Shown: in pieces, positions 8,569-19,014 of the stretch | Layout of the letters: every line of letters begins with the position of its first letter | How positions within the stretch are numbered: the stretch's first letter is position 1 | Source: Candidatus Fraserbacteria bacterium | Lineage (GTDB): Bacteria; Bipolaricaulota; Bipolaricaulia; RBG-16-55-9 | DNA length: 29,702 nt | Assembly: GCA_037442925.1 (NCBI GenBank) | Contig: JBBIPG010000023.1 | Location: 1 to 29,702, forward strand | Direction of reading: 5' to 3' | The notes under the pieces: model-generated | The model's input: the letters and a program-made list of their open reading frames with translations, nothing else | Database searches by the model: none | Told to the model about the DNA's origin: nothing | Translations under genes and position numbers: made by a program

Positions 8569-9531
8569 CTAGGCTTCGTCTATCACAGGGACGGGGATGG
8601 AGCCAACAATGGAATCGATGATCTCATCTGTGGCGTGCCGCTTCATCCAGAGATCCGGCTCTAGAATCAGGCGATGAATGAGGACCGGTTTGGCGAACGC
8701 TTTCACATCGTCCGGGAGCAGGTAGCTTCGTCCTTCCAAGGCCGCGCGAGCCCGTGCCAGCTTGAGAAGCGCTAATGATCCGCGCGGGCTCGCACCCACG
8801 GAGATCCGTGTATCCCGACGCGTCTCTGCGATCAAGGCGACGATATAACGTTCGAGATCAGGTTCCACATGAATACTCTCAATGATCTGTCTCATCTCCA
8901 GAATCTCCTCTGCATCGGTCACTTGCTCCAACTCGAATTCATCGCTTCGGCGTTCGCGCCGGCGTCGTAAGATCTCCTGCTCCTCTTCCGGTGAGGGATA
9001 GCCCACGGAGAGCTTCATCAAGAAGCGATCCAGCTGAGCTTCAGGCAGCGGGAACGTCCCCTCGTACTCGATGGGGTTTTGAGTGGCAATCACGATAAAG
9101 GGCTCAGGGAGCTTCATCGTTTCGCCTTCCAGCGAAACTTGGTGCTCTTGCATGGCCTCGAGAAGAGCCGATTGTGTCTTTGGGGAGGCGCGATTGATCT
9201 CATCGGCTAGGATGATGTTCGCAAAGATGGGACCTTTGCGTAGCTCAAAGCGCCCCTGAGCACGGTCGTAGATGTAGCTACCCGTGATGTCTCCGGGCAA
9301 GAGATCCGGGGTGAACTGAATGCGCTTGAAATCGAGTCCTAAAACAATCGCCAGGCTCTTGGCAATCAGGGTCTTGGCCAGCCCCGGATAATCTTCCAAC
9401 AGAATATGTCCGCTGGCGAGCACAGCGGCCATGATCTTCTCTAGCAGGAGCCGTTTGCCTACGATGACTCGCTCGACTTGCCCAATGACTCGGTTCCCTA
9501 GGGCAGCGACTTCTGTGATCTCAACGCTCAT
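8569..9531 (-). CDS. moxR: MoxR-family AAA+ ATPase
   Basis: GHILLEDYPGLAKT, RIQFTPDLLPGDITG, LADEINRASPKTQSALLEAM, ATQNPIEYEGTFPLPEAQLDRF and GASPR. Start at 9531 or 9537. Confidence 0.93.
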   Translation of the reverse strand: MSVEITEVAALGNRVIGQVERVIVGKRLLLEKIMAAVLASGHILLEDYPGLAKTLIAKSLAIVLGLDFKRIQFTPDLLPGDITGSYIYDRAQGRFELRKGPIFANIILADEINRASPKTQSALLEAMQEHQVSLEGETMKLPEPFIVIATQNPIEYEGTFPLPEAQLDRFLMKLSVGYPSPEEEQEILRRRRERRSDEFELEQVTDAEEILEMRQIIESIHVEPDLERYIVALIAETRRDTRISVGASPRGSLALLKLARARAALEGRSYLLPDDVKAFAKPVLIHRLILEPDLWMKRHATDEIIDSIVGSIPVPVIDEA

Positions 9532-10147
9532 GTGCACTCCCGCGGCTTGGAAGCGAACCGCGAAGCAGATCTTCCAAGAACTGTACGATACGCTCTGGAT
9601 TCAGTTGGAGAGGCGGACTCTTTCTAGCCCATGGGACTTGATGCCCCCTCTCTGAGAGAGTGGGTCTCGCATCCATGGCTAGTCCAGTCTGCAGATAGGC
9701 TTGAATGTCTTCAGGAATTCGTAGCATTCCGCTCTCCAGCCGTCTTCGGATCTTGTCTGGAGCCAATCGCTCACGGTAGGCAAGCACTTCCAGCGAAATC
9801 TCCGCCAGCCGCCGCGCCAGGCGCAATGTAAAATAATCTCCGCGTCTGGCAAGGCGAATCCTCTCTGCCCACTCCTCGATCTTCTGCCGATGCTCCATCG
9901 GCACGCCATGGCGTGCCCGCCTTGTCTTTTCCCGCTTGACGAAGCCCCTCCCAATGATGACGATAGCAACTCCGATGAAGAGGGCCCAAAGAAGCGACTG
10001 AGGAAGGCTCTCGATGTAAAGACGCACGAACCAGTACGCATACAAGAGGGGCACGACAATGGCCTCGCGTAGGAAATCCTGAAACGCGAGAGCCAGAAGA
10101 CTTGAAAGAAGCACTACCAGTCCCAAGGGAATCCAATATTTCTTCAC
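9521..10147 (-). CDS. Hypothetical membrane protein of the MoxR locus
   Basis: Two to three N-terminal hydrophobic segments plus a soluble helical domain; overlaps both neighbours. Confidence 0.75.
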   Translation of the reverse strand: MKKYWIPLGLVVLLSSLLALAFQDFLREAIVVPLLYAYWFVRLYIESLPQSLLWALFIGVAIVIIGRGFVKREKTRRARHGVPMEHRQKIEEWAERIRLARRGDYFTLRLARRLAEISLEVLAYRERLAPDKIRRRLESGMLRIPEDIQAYLQTGLAMDARPTLSERGHQVPWARKSPPLQLNPERIVQFLEDLLRGSLPSRGSAHER

Positions 10148-11013
10148 GAGGGTCTCCCGTAGGCTTGCGCAATGGCCTCCAGACAGAGCATGGCTTCGCC
10201 TTCTTCACGCTCACTGGTAGTCTTGGCTCCATAACGCACGCCTTCAAAGAGTCGCGTGAGCCTCTGGATGTGTTCGCTCCGAAGACCTGTTTGCTCTAGA
10301 TAATGCTCGAACTCCCTTGGAGTCATAGCGCGGTGACGTCGCAGGCCACGGCGCTCGCTCAAGATGCGGCTCATCTCGCGATAACAGCGCAGGACGGTAT
10401 CTGTGAGGTCCTGCCCCGCACGCAGCTCATTGACAGCTTGCTGGGCTTCTTGTGCCAGCAACTTAAGCGGGCTCTCAGGAGGCCGGTGGGAGCGTTGCCA
10501 TAGATACCAGAGCAATCCCAGTGCTAAAGCGATGAGGCCCACACTGATGGCAAAGACAAGCCATGGCGGCGTGTGGGAGACGAACTCCCCCATCTCTAGT
10601 GACCCTTCCCCAGGAGCAACAGACCCTGCTTCCCCCATCTCTCCTAATTGAGGAAGAGATACTAAGGGCTGGAGTACACGAATGATGAGATAGATCATGA
10701 ACATCGTGGAAGCGACCCAGAGGATGTCTCGCAGTATTCGCTTCCTCGCCTCCCGAGAGAGGATGACGTACAGAAGCGATAGGGGAAAGAGCAACCAGAC
10801 CGTGATAGCGATCACCGTCTTCCAGAAATCGCTCAATTCAAAACGGTGAGGCGAAGAGGCTATTTGGGCCTCTGCTGTTGCTTGACTCTCCGGCAACGAG
10901 AACGGGTGGCCGGGGAGGAGCTGAAGTTGAGAGAGGCCTCCTGCCAACAGGACGACTGCGCCGATGGCAAGGCCGAGGATGAGAATCGTCTCGATCTTCT
11001 TACGTTTCGTCAA
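10144..11013 (-). CDS. DUF4129 domain-containing membrane protein
   Basis: About four TM segments. The C-terminal VLRCYREM...RHRAMTPREF...LTRLFEGVRYG fits the DUF4129 pattern. TTG start. Confidence 0.82.
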   Translation of the reverse strand: MTKRKKIETILILGLAIGAVVLLAGGLSQLQLLPGHPFSLPESQATAEAQIASSPHRFELSDFWKTVIAITVWLLFPLSLLYVILSREARKRILRDILWVASTMFMIYLIIRVLQPLVSLPQLGEMGEAGSVAPGEGSLEMGEFVSHTPPWLVFAISVGLIALALGLLWYLWQRSHRPPESPLKLLAQEAQQAVNELRAGQDLTDTVLRCYREMSRILSERRGLRRHRAMTPREFEHYLEQTGLRSEHIQRLTRLFEGVRYGAKTTSEREEGEAMLCLEAIAQAYGRPS

Positions 11014-11085
11014 GTTCTAAATACAACGTCGCTCCTGATCTGCCTACTTCAGTAGTATATGTCCGAGCCAGGAAAGTTCAACTCA

Positions 11086-11295
11086 TCACTCCGTCATGGC
11101 CGCTTTGTGAGCTTGAGTTTCCGCAATGAAATCGCCTTCCCACCAGATTTCCACGTACGGTGCGCGATCCCGAGGACAACGCAGTGCAATGATCCAACCG
11201 GGCACCGACTCGGCATCGATGGCGATAGGTTGATCCTCAGAGATTTCGTTGAAAGACAGCTTCTCCCAGAAAGTGACAGCCTCTTTGAGCTCCAT
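11086..11295 (-). CDS. Small hypothetical protein (69 aa)
   Basis: ATG preceded by AAGGGGG; protein-like composition; fills the gap co-directionally with the DUF4129 gene. No family recognised. Confidence 0.5.
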   Translation of the reverse strand: MELKEAVTFWEKLSFNEISEDQPIAIDAESVPGWIIALRCPRDRAPYVEIWWEGDFIAETQAHKAAMTE

Positions 11296-11482
11296 CCGGC
11301 CCCCTTTTGCTGGTGCTTTTTGTTCAGAATGATCTTACTATCCTCCTTTAGGGAGCTGTCAAATCGTTCCGTAATGGCGAATACAGCCACCGGATTTTCA
11401 CCAGCCTTCCATGGATTTTCCACCAAACCTGTCACCATAATCTACCGAAACAAGGGGAAGAAAACCGAGAGGAGGACTCAGA

Positions 11483-12733
11483 ATGAAATCGTCTTTCGCG
11501 TTTAGTCCGATTCGTACAGCGATTCTCTTCGTCTTGCTGCTCACCCTCATCGGGCTGCCTCGTACGCTCGCCCAGCAGGGAATCCAGAGTGGATATGTGG
11601 ACGAGGCCCCATCACGGCTCCCAGGCGGGCTCTTTCCGGGCTTGGCTATCGCTGTCGGTGACGTCGATAACGATAATGACATAGACGTCTACGTGGGTAC
11701 GGATGTCGGACCCGCGCGGGACATCTTGCTCATCAACAACGGCCAGGGACGCTTCGAGAACGACGCCGTCCGCCGGTTGCCCCCCAAGGAAGCGGATGCG
11801 TTCACCCGAGGCGTTCGGTTGGTCGATCTTGACGGCGATGGGGACGTGGATGTCCTGGTGGCTCTCGCCCGCCAGATCTCAGGGACCACCCAGGTTGCCG
11901 GAGAAGGGAATCAGGTCTTCATTAACAACGGCCAGGGTTTCTTCAATGACGAGTCGACCGTGCGAATGCCGGGACTGACCCTCTTGGAGCGCGACGATCG
12001 TAGCTATGACGTGGCTGCCGGCGATGTCAACGGGGACGGAGCTGCTGATTTCTTCTTCGTCAATCTGGCCGAGGCCAGCCGCCTGTGGATCAACAACGGC
12101 AGAGGTGTCTTCAGTAATGCACCCGACTTCCTGCCCACCACAATCGACTCACTCAACAGCACGAGCACCGATATGGGGGACGTGGACGGAGATGGCGATC
12201 TGGATCTCATCATCGGGGTAGGCGTCGTGCGTGAGGGTCTTCCTCACCTGCTGATCAACGATGGTCAAGGACACTTTGATGACCAGACGACCTTCCGCCT
12301 AGCACAAGAGATCGCAGTCAATGCCTTAGACAGCCGCTTTGTCGATGTGGATGGAGACGGTGATCTCGATCTATTCTTCTGTAACTTCCCCACTCGAGCC
12401 GTGCTCCTCATCAACAACGGCCAGGGCTTCTTCTCGGACGAGACAAGCCTGAAGCTTCCGATTGAGGCAGCCTCGTGCACTGGACTTGACGTGGGTGACT
12501 TTGATAACGATGGAGATCTGGATATCGCTCTTGGGCGTAATCCCAACGATCCGATCACGCGTCGCAATGTTCTTTTGATCAACAGCGACGGGCAGGGGCA
12601 CTTCATTGCCACCCCCTTGTCCGGTGATGGAGGTGCCTTTGACGTTGCCTTCTTCGATGCCGATGGCGATGGTGATCTCGATCTGATCGGGGTCAACAAG
12701 GGGGAACACCATCTCTGGATCAACAAGCGCTAG
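11483..12733 (+). CDS. Secreted FG-GAP/VCBS repeat beta-propeller protein
   Basis: Signal peptide followed by seven DxDxDGDxD-type Ca-binding repeats, most followed by LINxG.G.F. RBS GAGGAGG. Confidence 0.9.
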   Translation: MKSSFAFSPIRTAILFVLLLTLIGLPRTLAQQGIQSGYVDEAPSRLPGGLFPGLAIAVGDVDNDNDIDVYVGTDVGPARDILLINNGQGRFENDAVRRLPPKEADAFTRGVRLVDLDGDGDVDVLVALARQISGTTQVAGEGNQVFINNGQGFFNDESTVRMPGLTLLERDDRSYDVAAGDVNGDGAADFFFVNLAEASRLWINNGRGVFSNAPDFLPTTIDSLNSTSTDMGDVDGDGDLDLIIGVGVVREGLPHLLINDGQGHFDDQTTFRLAQEIAVNALDSRFVDVDGDGDLDLFFCNFPTRAVLLINNGQGFFSDETSLKLPIEAASCTGLDVGDFDNDGDLDIALGRNPNDPITRRNVLLINSDGQGHFIATPLSGDGGAFDVAFFDADGDGDLDLIGVNKGEHHLWINKR

Positions 12734-12750
12734 ATTCTAGTCGCTGAGGC

Positions 12751-12821
12751 AAGAAACGGAGGCGGGGTCCCCGGAGGATGGGAGAGGGCATTGCTTTACG
12801 GGACCCCGCTTCTTCGTTCTT
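12751..12821. terminator. Large-loop hairpin; possible bidirectional terminator or small RNA
   Basis: GCGGGGTCCC (12762-12771) pairs with GGGACCCCGC (12800-12809), with extended outer pairing and T-rich tails on both strands. Confidence 0.55.
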
Positions 12822-12862
12822 CGGCCCGTTTCCCGATGGAACCTTCTGAGCTATATGTCCAC

Positions 12863-12891
12863 TTGACAATCTGTCACAGCTTCTGTATATT
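12863..12891 (+). promoter_or_regulatory. Sigma70 promoter of the metal operon
   Basis: TTGACA (12863-12868), 17 nt, TATATT (12886-12891). Confidence 0.8.
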
Positions 12892-12906
12892 TAGCCTCAC
12901 CTAAAT
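12889..12906. promoter_or_regulatory. DtxR/MntR-family operator
   Basis: Palindrome ATTTAG-CCTCAC-CTAAAT. The core TTAGCCTCACCTAA resembles TTAGG-N4-CCTAA-type DtxR/MntR/SirR boxes. It overlaps the -10/+1 region directly upstream of a DtxR-family gene. Confidence 0.8.
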
Positions 12907-12926
12907 TTGTCTTTCGGAGAAACGAA

Positions 12927-13607
12927 ATGCACACGCAAGCTGTAGAAGACTACCTGAAGGCCGTCTATGAGATCCAGCGGGAACAAGGCGAAGTCACCAC
13001 CACGGCCTTGGCAGAACGTCTGGACGTCTCGCCAGCGTCCGTCACCGGCATGATCAAGAAACTGGCCGACATGAAACTGTTGACTCACGAACCCTATCAA
13101 GGAGTCACCCTCACCAGAGCCGGACTCAAGATCGCCCTCGAAGTCATTCGTCATCACCGACTGGTCGAACTGTATCTTACGGAAGCTCTGGGTGTGCCGT
13201 GGGATCAAGTCCATACAGAAGCCGAGAAGTGGGAGCATGTGCTATCGGAAGAGTTGGAAGAGCGCATGGATGCTCTGCTCGGCTACCCAACCGCCGATCC
13301 ACATGGCGCGCCGATTCCCAGGCGCGATGGTACGCTCACTCAACCCGCTCGCCTGCGTTTGGCGGATATGCAGGCCGGCCAGTCTGCTGCCGTCGCGGAA
13401 GTCAGCGATCACGATCCGGCCCTGCTTCGATATCTGGGCGAGCTGGGGCTCTACCCCAAAGTGCACGTGACGGTGATGGCCGTAGCGCCCTTCCACGGCC
13501 CGTTGACAATCCGCATTGGCGAAGTGGAACACAGTATCGGTCATGAAGCCGCACAACACGTGTATGTGACGAGATTCTCGAATCGACGACCGGGAGGAGC
13601 CCGATGA
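12927..13607 (+). CDS. mntR: DtxR/MntR-family metal-dependent repressor with a C-terminal FeoA domain
   Basis: EDYLKAVY, VSPASVTGMIKKL, RHHRLVELYL, EAEKWEH and DPHGAPIP; FeoA-like C-terminus. Confidence 0.92.
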   Translation: MHTQAVEDYLKAVYEIQREQGEVTTTALAERLDVSPASVTGMIKKLADMKLLTHEPYQGVTLTRAGLKIALEVIRHHRLVELYLTEALGVPWDQVHTEAEKWEHVLSEELEERMDALLGYPTADPHGAPIPRRDGTLTQPARLRLADMQAGQSAAVAEVSDHDPALLRYLGELGLYPKVHVTVMAVAPFHGPLTIRIGEVEHSIGHEAAQHVYVTRFSNRRPGGAR

Positions 13608-14626
13608 AAGCGAGAATCTCACGGCGGAAATTCTTGCGCCTGGGAGCGATAGGGACAGCAGGTCTTACAGGCGCAGCAGCCCTGGCTGCCACCCAATGGA
13701 CGCGCGATACATCCACACTCGAGACAAATCAGTCACGCTTGGAACACGATCATGCGGGCGTCGTTGGCCGAGTCGATCACGTACGCAATGGCTTCGATCC
13801 CATGGCACTGCTCACGGATTTCGATTACGGGCGGGTGAGCACGCTCGCCACCGGTCAGCCCCTACGCGAGTATGTAGTGGTCGCCTCGGACAAAGAGATC
13901 GAAGTCGCACCAGGGATATTCTTCCCTGCCTGGACGTATAATGGCCGCGTCCCCGGCCCGACCATACGGTGCACCGAAGGCGACAGAGTTCGCGTGAGAT
14001 TCGTGAACGGAAGCGCACACCCTCACACGATCCACTTTCACGGCATCCATACTGCTGAGATGGACGGCGTACCAGGGATCGGGGCGGGAATGATCGCACC
14101 CGGCGAGAGCACCGTCTACGAGTTCGATGCTGAACCCTTCGGCTGCCATCTCTATCATTGCCACGCGGTCCCCCTCAAGCGGCACATTCACAAGGGGCTC
14201 TATGGGGCCTTCATCATCGATCCCAAGTCGGGCAGGCCCCCGGCTCGTGAGCTGGTCATGGTCATGAACGGTTTTGACACCAACTTCGATGGCGAGAACG
14301 AGATCTACGCCGTGAACACCGTAGCCTTCGAGTACCTGCAACGCCCTATTGCGATCAGGCTCCATGAACTCGTGCGGGTCTACTTGATCAACATCACAGA
14401 GTTTGATCTCCTCAACTCCTTCCATCTCCACGGAGAGTTCTTCTGGTGGTATCCCACAGGCACGAGCCTTCAACCAGCAGAATATACAGATACCGTGATG
14501 TTGACGCAGGGTCAGCGGGGCATTCTGGAGCTCAAATATAAGTTCCCCGGCAAGTACATGTTCCACGCTCATCAGAGCGAGTTTGCCGAGCTGGGCTGGG
14601 CCGGATTCTTCGAGGTGACACCGTGA
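13604..14626 (+). CDS. Tat-exported two-domain multicopper oxidase
   Basis: SRRKFL Tat motif; WTYNGRVPGPTIR; Cu motifs HTIHFHG, YHCH...HIHKGL, NSFHLHG and FHAH. Confidence 0.9.
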   Translation: MKARISRRKFLRLGAIGTAGLTGAAALAATQWTRDTSTLETNQSRLEHDHAGVVGRVDHVRNGFDPMALLTDFDYGRVSTLATGQPLREYVVVASDKEIEVAPGIFFPAWTYNGRVPGPTIRCTEGDRVRVRFVNGSAHPHTIHFHGIHTAEMDGVPGIGAGMIAPGESTVYEFDAEPFGCHLYHCHAVPLKRHIHKGLYGAFIIDPKSGRPPARELVMVMNGFDTNFDGENEIYAVNTVAFEYLQRPIAIRLHELVRVYLINITEFDLLNSFHLHGEFFWWYPTGTSLQPAEYTDTVMLTQGQRGILELKYKFPGKYMFHAHQSEFAELGWAGFFEVTP

Positions 14627-15846
14627 AAGCTGTCACACAAAAACGAGAAGCAGCAGAGACTCAGACAAGAAGACTCCGTCTGCCCGCTTGGCTTCTCACC
14701 CTACTACCCTTGCTCACTCTGGCTATGCTCTTGTGGGCTTTTGTTGCGCTTGATCCACTCCGCTCCCTGACGGGCGATCTTCCGCCCATCGAACTATTGA
14801 CCATCGAGCGAATTGAGCTCAGGCCGGAGGGAATGATCGCACACGTGGTCAACGGCGGCCCGCAGCCTGTGACTCTCGCTCAAGTTCAAGTAGATGATGC
14901 CTACTGGCCCTTCGAGATCCAGCCTAGTTCTGAGATTCCCCGACTTGGCCGAGTCACAGTGACAATCCCGTATCCGTGGGTTGAAGGAGAGGCTCACACT
15001 GTACGACTCGTCGCCAGCACGGGCTTGACATTCGATAAGACCGTCGAGGTGGCCGTCGAGACGCCGAGGTCCGATCTCAGCTTCTGGCTCATGTTCGCTT
15101 TGCTTGGTTTCTATGTGGGCATCGTGCCCGTTTCTTTGGGATTGATGTGGTTCCCACTGCTTACGCGATTGAGTCAGCAGGGCTTGAATTTCATCCTGGC
15201 TCTGACTGTTGGCTTGCTCGTCTTCTTGTTGGTAGACACGGTGCTCGAAGGTGTTGAGGTCGCACAGCAGATTCCCAACGTCTTTCAAGCCGTACCGTTG
15301 ATCTTCTTTGCCGGCATGCTGAGCTTTCTGGCGTTGCTCGCTGTCCGTTGCAGTCGGGATGCGACCGATCGCTCGACAGGCTCTGGGAGACTCTGGCTGG
15401 CAACGATGATTGCCTTGGGCATTGGTTTACACAACTTGGGTGAAGGCATGGCAATTGGTGCAGCCATCGCCCTGGGTGAGGCAGCTCTGGGTTCGTTTCT
15501 CGTGATCGGCTTTACGCTTCACAACATCACAGAAGGCATCGGCATCGGAGCCCCGATGACGCGAGACAAGCCCAGTCTCCTCCAGCTGGCAGGACTGGCG
15601 ATGCTCGCAGGCGGTCCGGCAATTGTTGGAACGTGGATCGGGGGGTTTTCGTATTCTCCCATCTGGGCTGTGTTGTTTCTGGCTATTGGCGCCGGTGCGA
15701 TTCTACAGGTCATTTATGAGGTCACTCGACTGTGGGTGATTCAGGAGACTGACGCTGCGCTGCCAGCGGCATCTTGGGTGAATGTAGGTGGATTGGCCGC
15801 AGGCATCGCCATCATGTATCTCACAGCGTTCTTGGTGAAGTTCTAG
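14623..15846 (+). CDS. ZIP-family metal transporter with an N-terminal extracytoplasmic domain
   Basis: ZIP motifs GLHNLGEG and TLHNITEG; an N-terminal TM plus a soluble beta-rich domain of about 110 aa precedes the membrane core. GTG start overlaps the oxidase stop. Confidence 0.88.
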   Translation: MKAVTQKREAAETQTRRLRLPAWLLTLLPLLTLAMLLWAFVALDPLRSLTGDLPPIELLTIERIELRPEGMIAHVVNGGPQPVTLAQVQVDDAYWPFEIQPSSEIPRLGRVTVTIPYPWVEGEAHTVRLVASTGLTFDKTVEVAVETPRSDLSFWLMFALLGFYVGIVPVSLGLMWFPLLTRLSQQGLNFILALTVGLLVFLLVDTVLEGVEVAQQIPNVFQAVPLIFFAGMLSFLALLAVRCSRDATDRSTGSGRLWLATMIALGIGLHNLGEGMAIGAAIALGEAALGSFLVIGFTLHNITEGIGIGAPMTRDKPSLLQLAGLAMLAGGPAIVGTWIGGFSYSPIWAVLFLAIGAGAILQVIYEVTRLWVIQETDAALPAASWVNVGGLAAGIAIMYLTAFLVKF

Positions 15847-15863
15847 CGAGGAATCTGGTTGGA

Positions 15864-17153
<1,290 letters not shown>

Positions 17154-17155
17154 GG

Positions 17156-18073
17156 ATGTTCAAGAGACTACTGGTGCCGCTCGATGGTTCACGTCTCGCC
17201 GAGAGCGTTTTGCCAGCAGCGGTCTACCTCACCGAGCGTTTCAGCGCGACGATTGTGCTCTTTCACGCTGTCGAGGCAGGTGCCTCTTCGACCGTTCACG
17301 GTCAACGGCATCTGTTAAGTGCCGATGAGGCACAGGCATACCTCGATGAAGTCGCTAAGAGCTTGTCAAACACGAGCGCACCCATTGAAACGAATGTACA
17401 CACAGGCGGCGAGCTTCATGTGGCACAATGCATCATCGATCACGTCGCTGAGTTGAAGGCGGACTTGGTCGTGCTTTGCGCCCATGGACGCGGAGGCTGG
17501 CGCGATCTGGTCGTGGGGAATATCGCGCAACAGGTGATTCAGGGTGGCACGACACCAGTCCTATTCGTTCGTCCCGAGCAGGCAAATCAGGCACCGTCGT
17601 TCGCTTGCCGCCAGATTCTCGTGCCGCTCGATGGAACACCAATTCATGAACCGGCGCTACCGGTTGCGGCAGAGATTGCCCGTGTCTGTCGCTCCGCGAT
17701 ACACTTGCTCACGGTCGTGCCGACGCTCAGCACGCTCTCGGCGGAACGAGCAGGGACAGGGTTGCTTCTGCCCACGACAGTCGCTGCCGTGCTGGAGCTG
17801 GCCGAGCGCGGAGCTATCGAGTATTTGCAGAGCAAAGCGAAAGAAATTATGTCGGATGATCTCGTGGTATCCACAGAGGTGGTGCGAGGTGATCCAGCGT
17901 CCTCGCTTTTAGACAAAGCAAAGCATGTGAAGGCAGATCTGATTGTGATGGCTACCCATGGACGACCGAGTATGGACGCGTTCTGGTCTGGTAGCGTGAC
18001 TCCCAGGGTCTTATTCCGATCCACAACACCGGTCTTGTTAATACGTGTGTCTGGGGAAGAATCAGCCCGGTAA
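17156..18073 (+). CDS. Tandem-domain universal stress protein
   Basis: Two USP domains: LLVPLDGS...ADLVVLCAHGRGG...GNIA and ILVPLDGT...ADLIVMATHGR...GSVT. Confidence 0.92.
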   Translation: MFKRLLVPLDGSRLAESVLPAAVYLTERFSATIVLFHAVEAGASSTVHGQRHLLSADEAQAYLDEVAKSLSNTSAPIETNVHTGGELHVAQCIIDHVAELKADLVVLCAHGRGGWRDLVVGNIAQQVIQGGTTPVLFVRPEQANQAPSFACRQILVPLDGTPIHEPALPVAAEIARVCRSAIHLLTVVPTLSTLSAERAGTGLLLPTTVAAVLELAERGAIEYLQSKAKEIMSDDLVVSTEVVRGDPASSLLDKAKHVKADLIVMATHGRPSMDAFWSGSVTPRVLFRSTTPVLLIRVSGEESAR

Positions 18074-18091
18074 TCTCCAAGGAGGTCCAAG

Positions 18092-19003
18092 ATGCCCCAA
18101 CGCGATTATCTCATCGTGCTCAACAAAGACGAAGACACCGCATCGTTCATCGAGATCCCCAGCCATAAAACATTGAAAACGATCCCCGTAGGACACAATC
18201 CCCACGAGATCGGCCTCTCACCTGATGGGAAATTCTCCTATGTGTCGAATGCGGGTGGAAACAGCGTCTCCGTGATCGACAATGTCTCGATGAGCGAAGC
18301 AGAACGACTGGAACATCCGGAGTATCAATTCCCCCATGACATCAAGATCACGCCCGATGGCAAAAAGCTCTATCTGGCTGTGACGTACGCCAATAAAATC
18401 TTCGTCTATCGACGACCCTCTCACGAACTGCTCAAGATCATCCCGACAACTCAACGATTGTCGCACATGCTTGCTCCCACTCCTGACTGGAGGCGCATCT
18501 ATGTCCCGAACATTGGCTCGCACACGCTTTCGGTGCTCAGCACGCAGACGGACAAGATCGAGCTTCACATTCCTGTCGGCAAGGGTCCTGAGGGTGTGGC
18601 CGTACACCCCAAGGGGGAATTTCTCTACGTCGCAAATCAAGATGATAATAATCTGTATGTGCTCAGCACGGAACGCCATGGGATCATTGCCAAACATCCC
18701 TTGGGCACTTGTCCGGTGCGTGTGGTCTTCTCGACTGATGGAAAGTATGCCTTCATCGCCAACCGTGAGTCACACGATGTTTCCGTAGTAGATACATCGA
18801 GGCATTGGGAAATCAAGCGCATTCCCGTAGGACGCTGGCCGGGGGGCATCGTCTTCGATTCCCAGGGTGCACAGGCATATATCGCCAACAACAAAACCAA
18901 TGATATTTCGATCATTGATGTGGCTACTCTGAAGGAAGTCGGGCGTATTGACGCCGGAATCCACCCCGATGGCATCGCGTTCTTATCGACAGAGCCCATG
19001 TGA
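18092..19003 (+). CDS. YVTN/YncE-type beta-propeller repeat protein without a signal peptide
   Basis: Repeats such as IPVGxxPxxxxxSPDGKxxYVxN and VSVID; RBS AAGGAGG. Confidence 0.88.
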   Translation: MPQRDYLIVLNKDEDTASFIEIPSHKTLKTIPVGHNPHEIGLSPDGKFSYVSNAGGNSVSVIDNVSMSEAERLEHPEYQFPHDIKITPDGKKLYLAVTYANKIFVYRRPSHELLKIIPTTQRLSHMLAPTPDWRRIYVPNIGSHTLSVLSTQTDKIELHIPVGKGPEGVAVHPKGEFLYVANQDDNNLYVLSTERHGIIAKHPLGTCPVRVVFSTDGKYAFIANRESHDVSVVDTSRHWEIKRIPVGRWPGGIVFDSQGAQAYIANNKTNDISIIDVATLKEVGRIDAGIHPDGIAFLSTEPM

Positions 19004-19014
19004 GAAATCTCACA
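18999..19014. promoter_or_regulatory. TGTGA-N6-TCACA palindrome (CRP/FNR- or Rex-like operator) upstream of the benzoyl-CoA cluster
   Basis: TGTGAGAAATCTCACA, with a candidate -10 TACAAT at 19058-19063. Confidence 0.6.

Noticed and set aside
11059..11505. 148-aa plus-strand and 114-aa minus-strand ORFs in the gap before the FG-GAP gene
   Set aside because: No motifs or convincing RBS; they conflict with the better-supported 69-aa ORF and the promoter region.
11640..12720. Recurring GAYGGNGAYGGNGAY and ATCAACAACGGC nucleotide repeats, considered as a possible CRISPR or tandem array
   Set aside because: They are codon-level reflections of FG-GAP protein repeats, degenerate at third positions, with no constant repeat-spacer structure.
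13604..14626. Copper nitrite reductase (nirK) call
   Set aside because: Four HxH pairs for a trinuclear centre and a Leu axial position fit a two-domain oxidase better.
15774..15863. Extended mntH N-terminus in the ORF track
   Set aside because: It overlaps the ZIP gene; GTG 15864 after the ZIP stop is more plausible.
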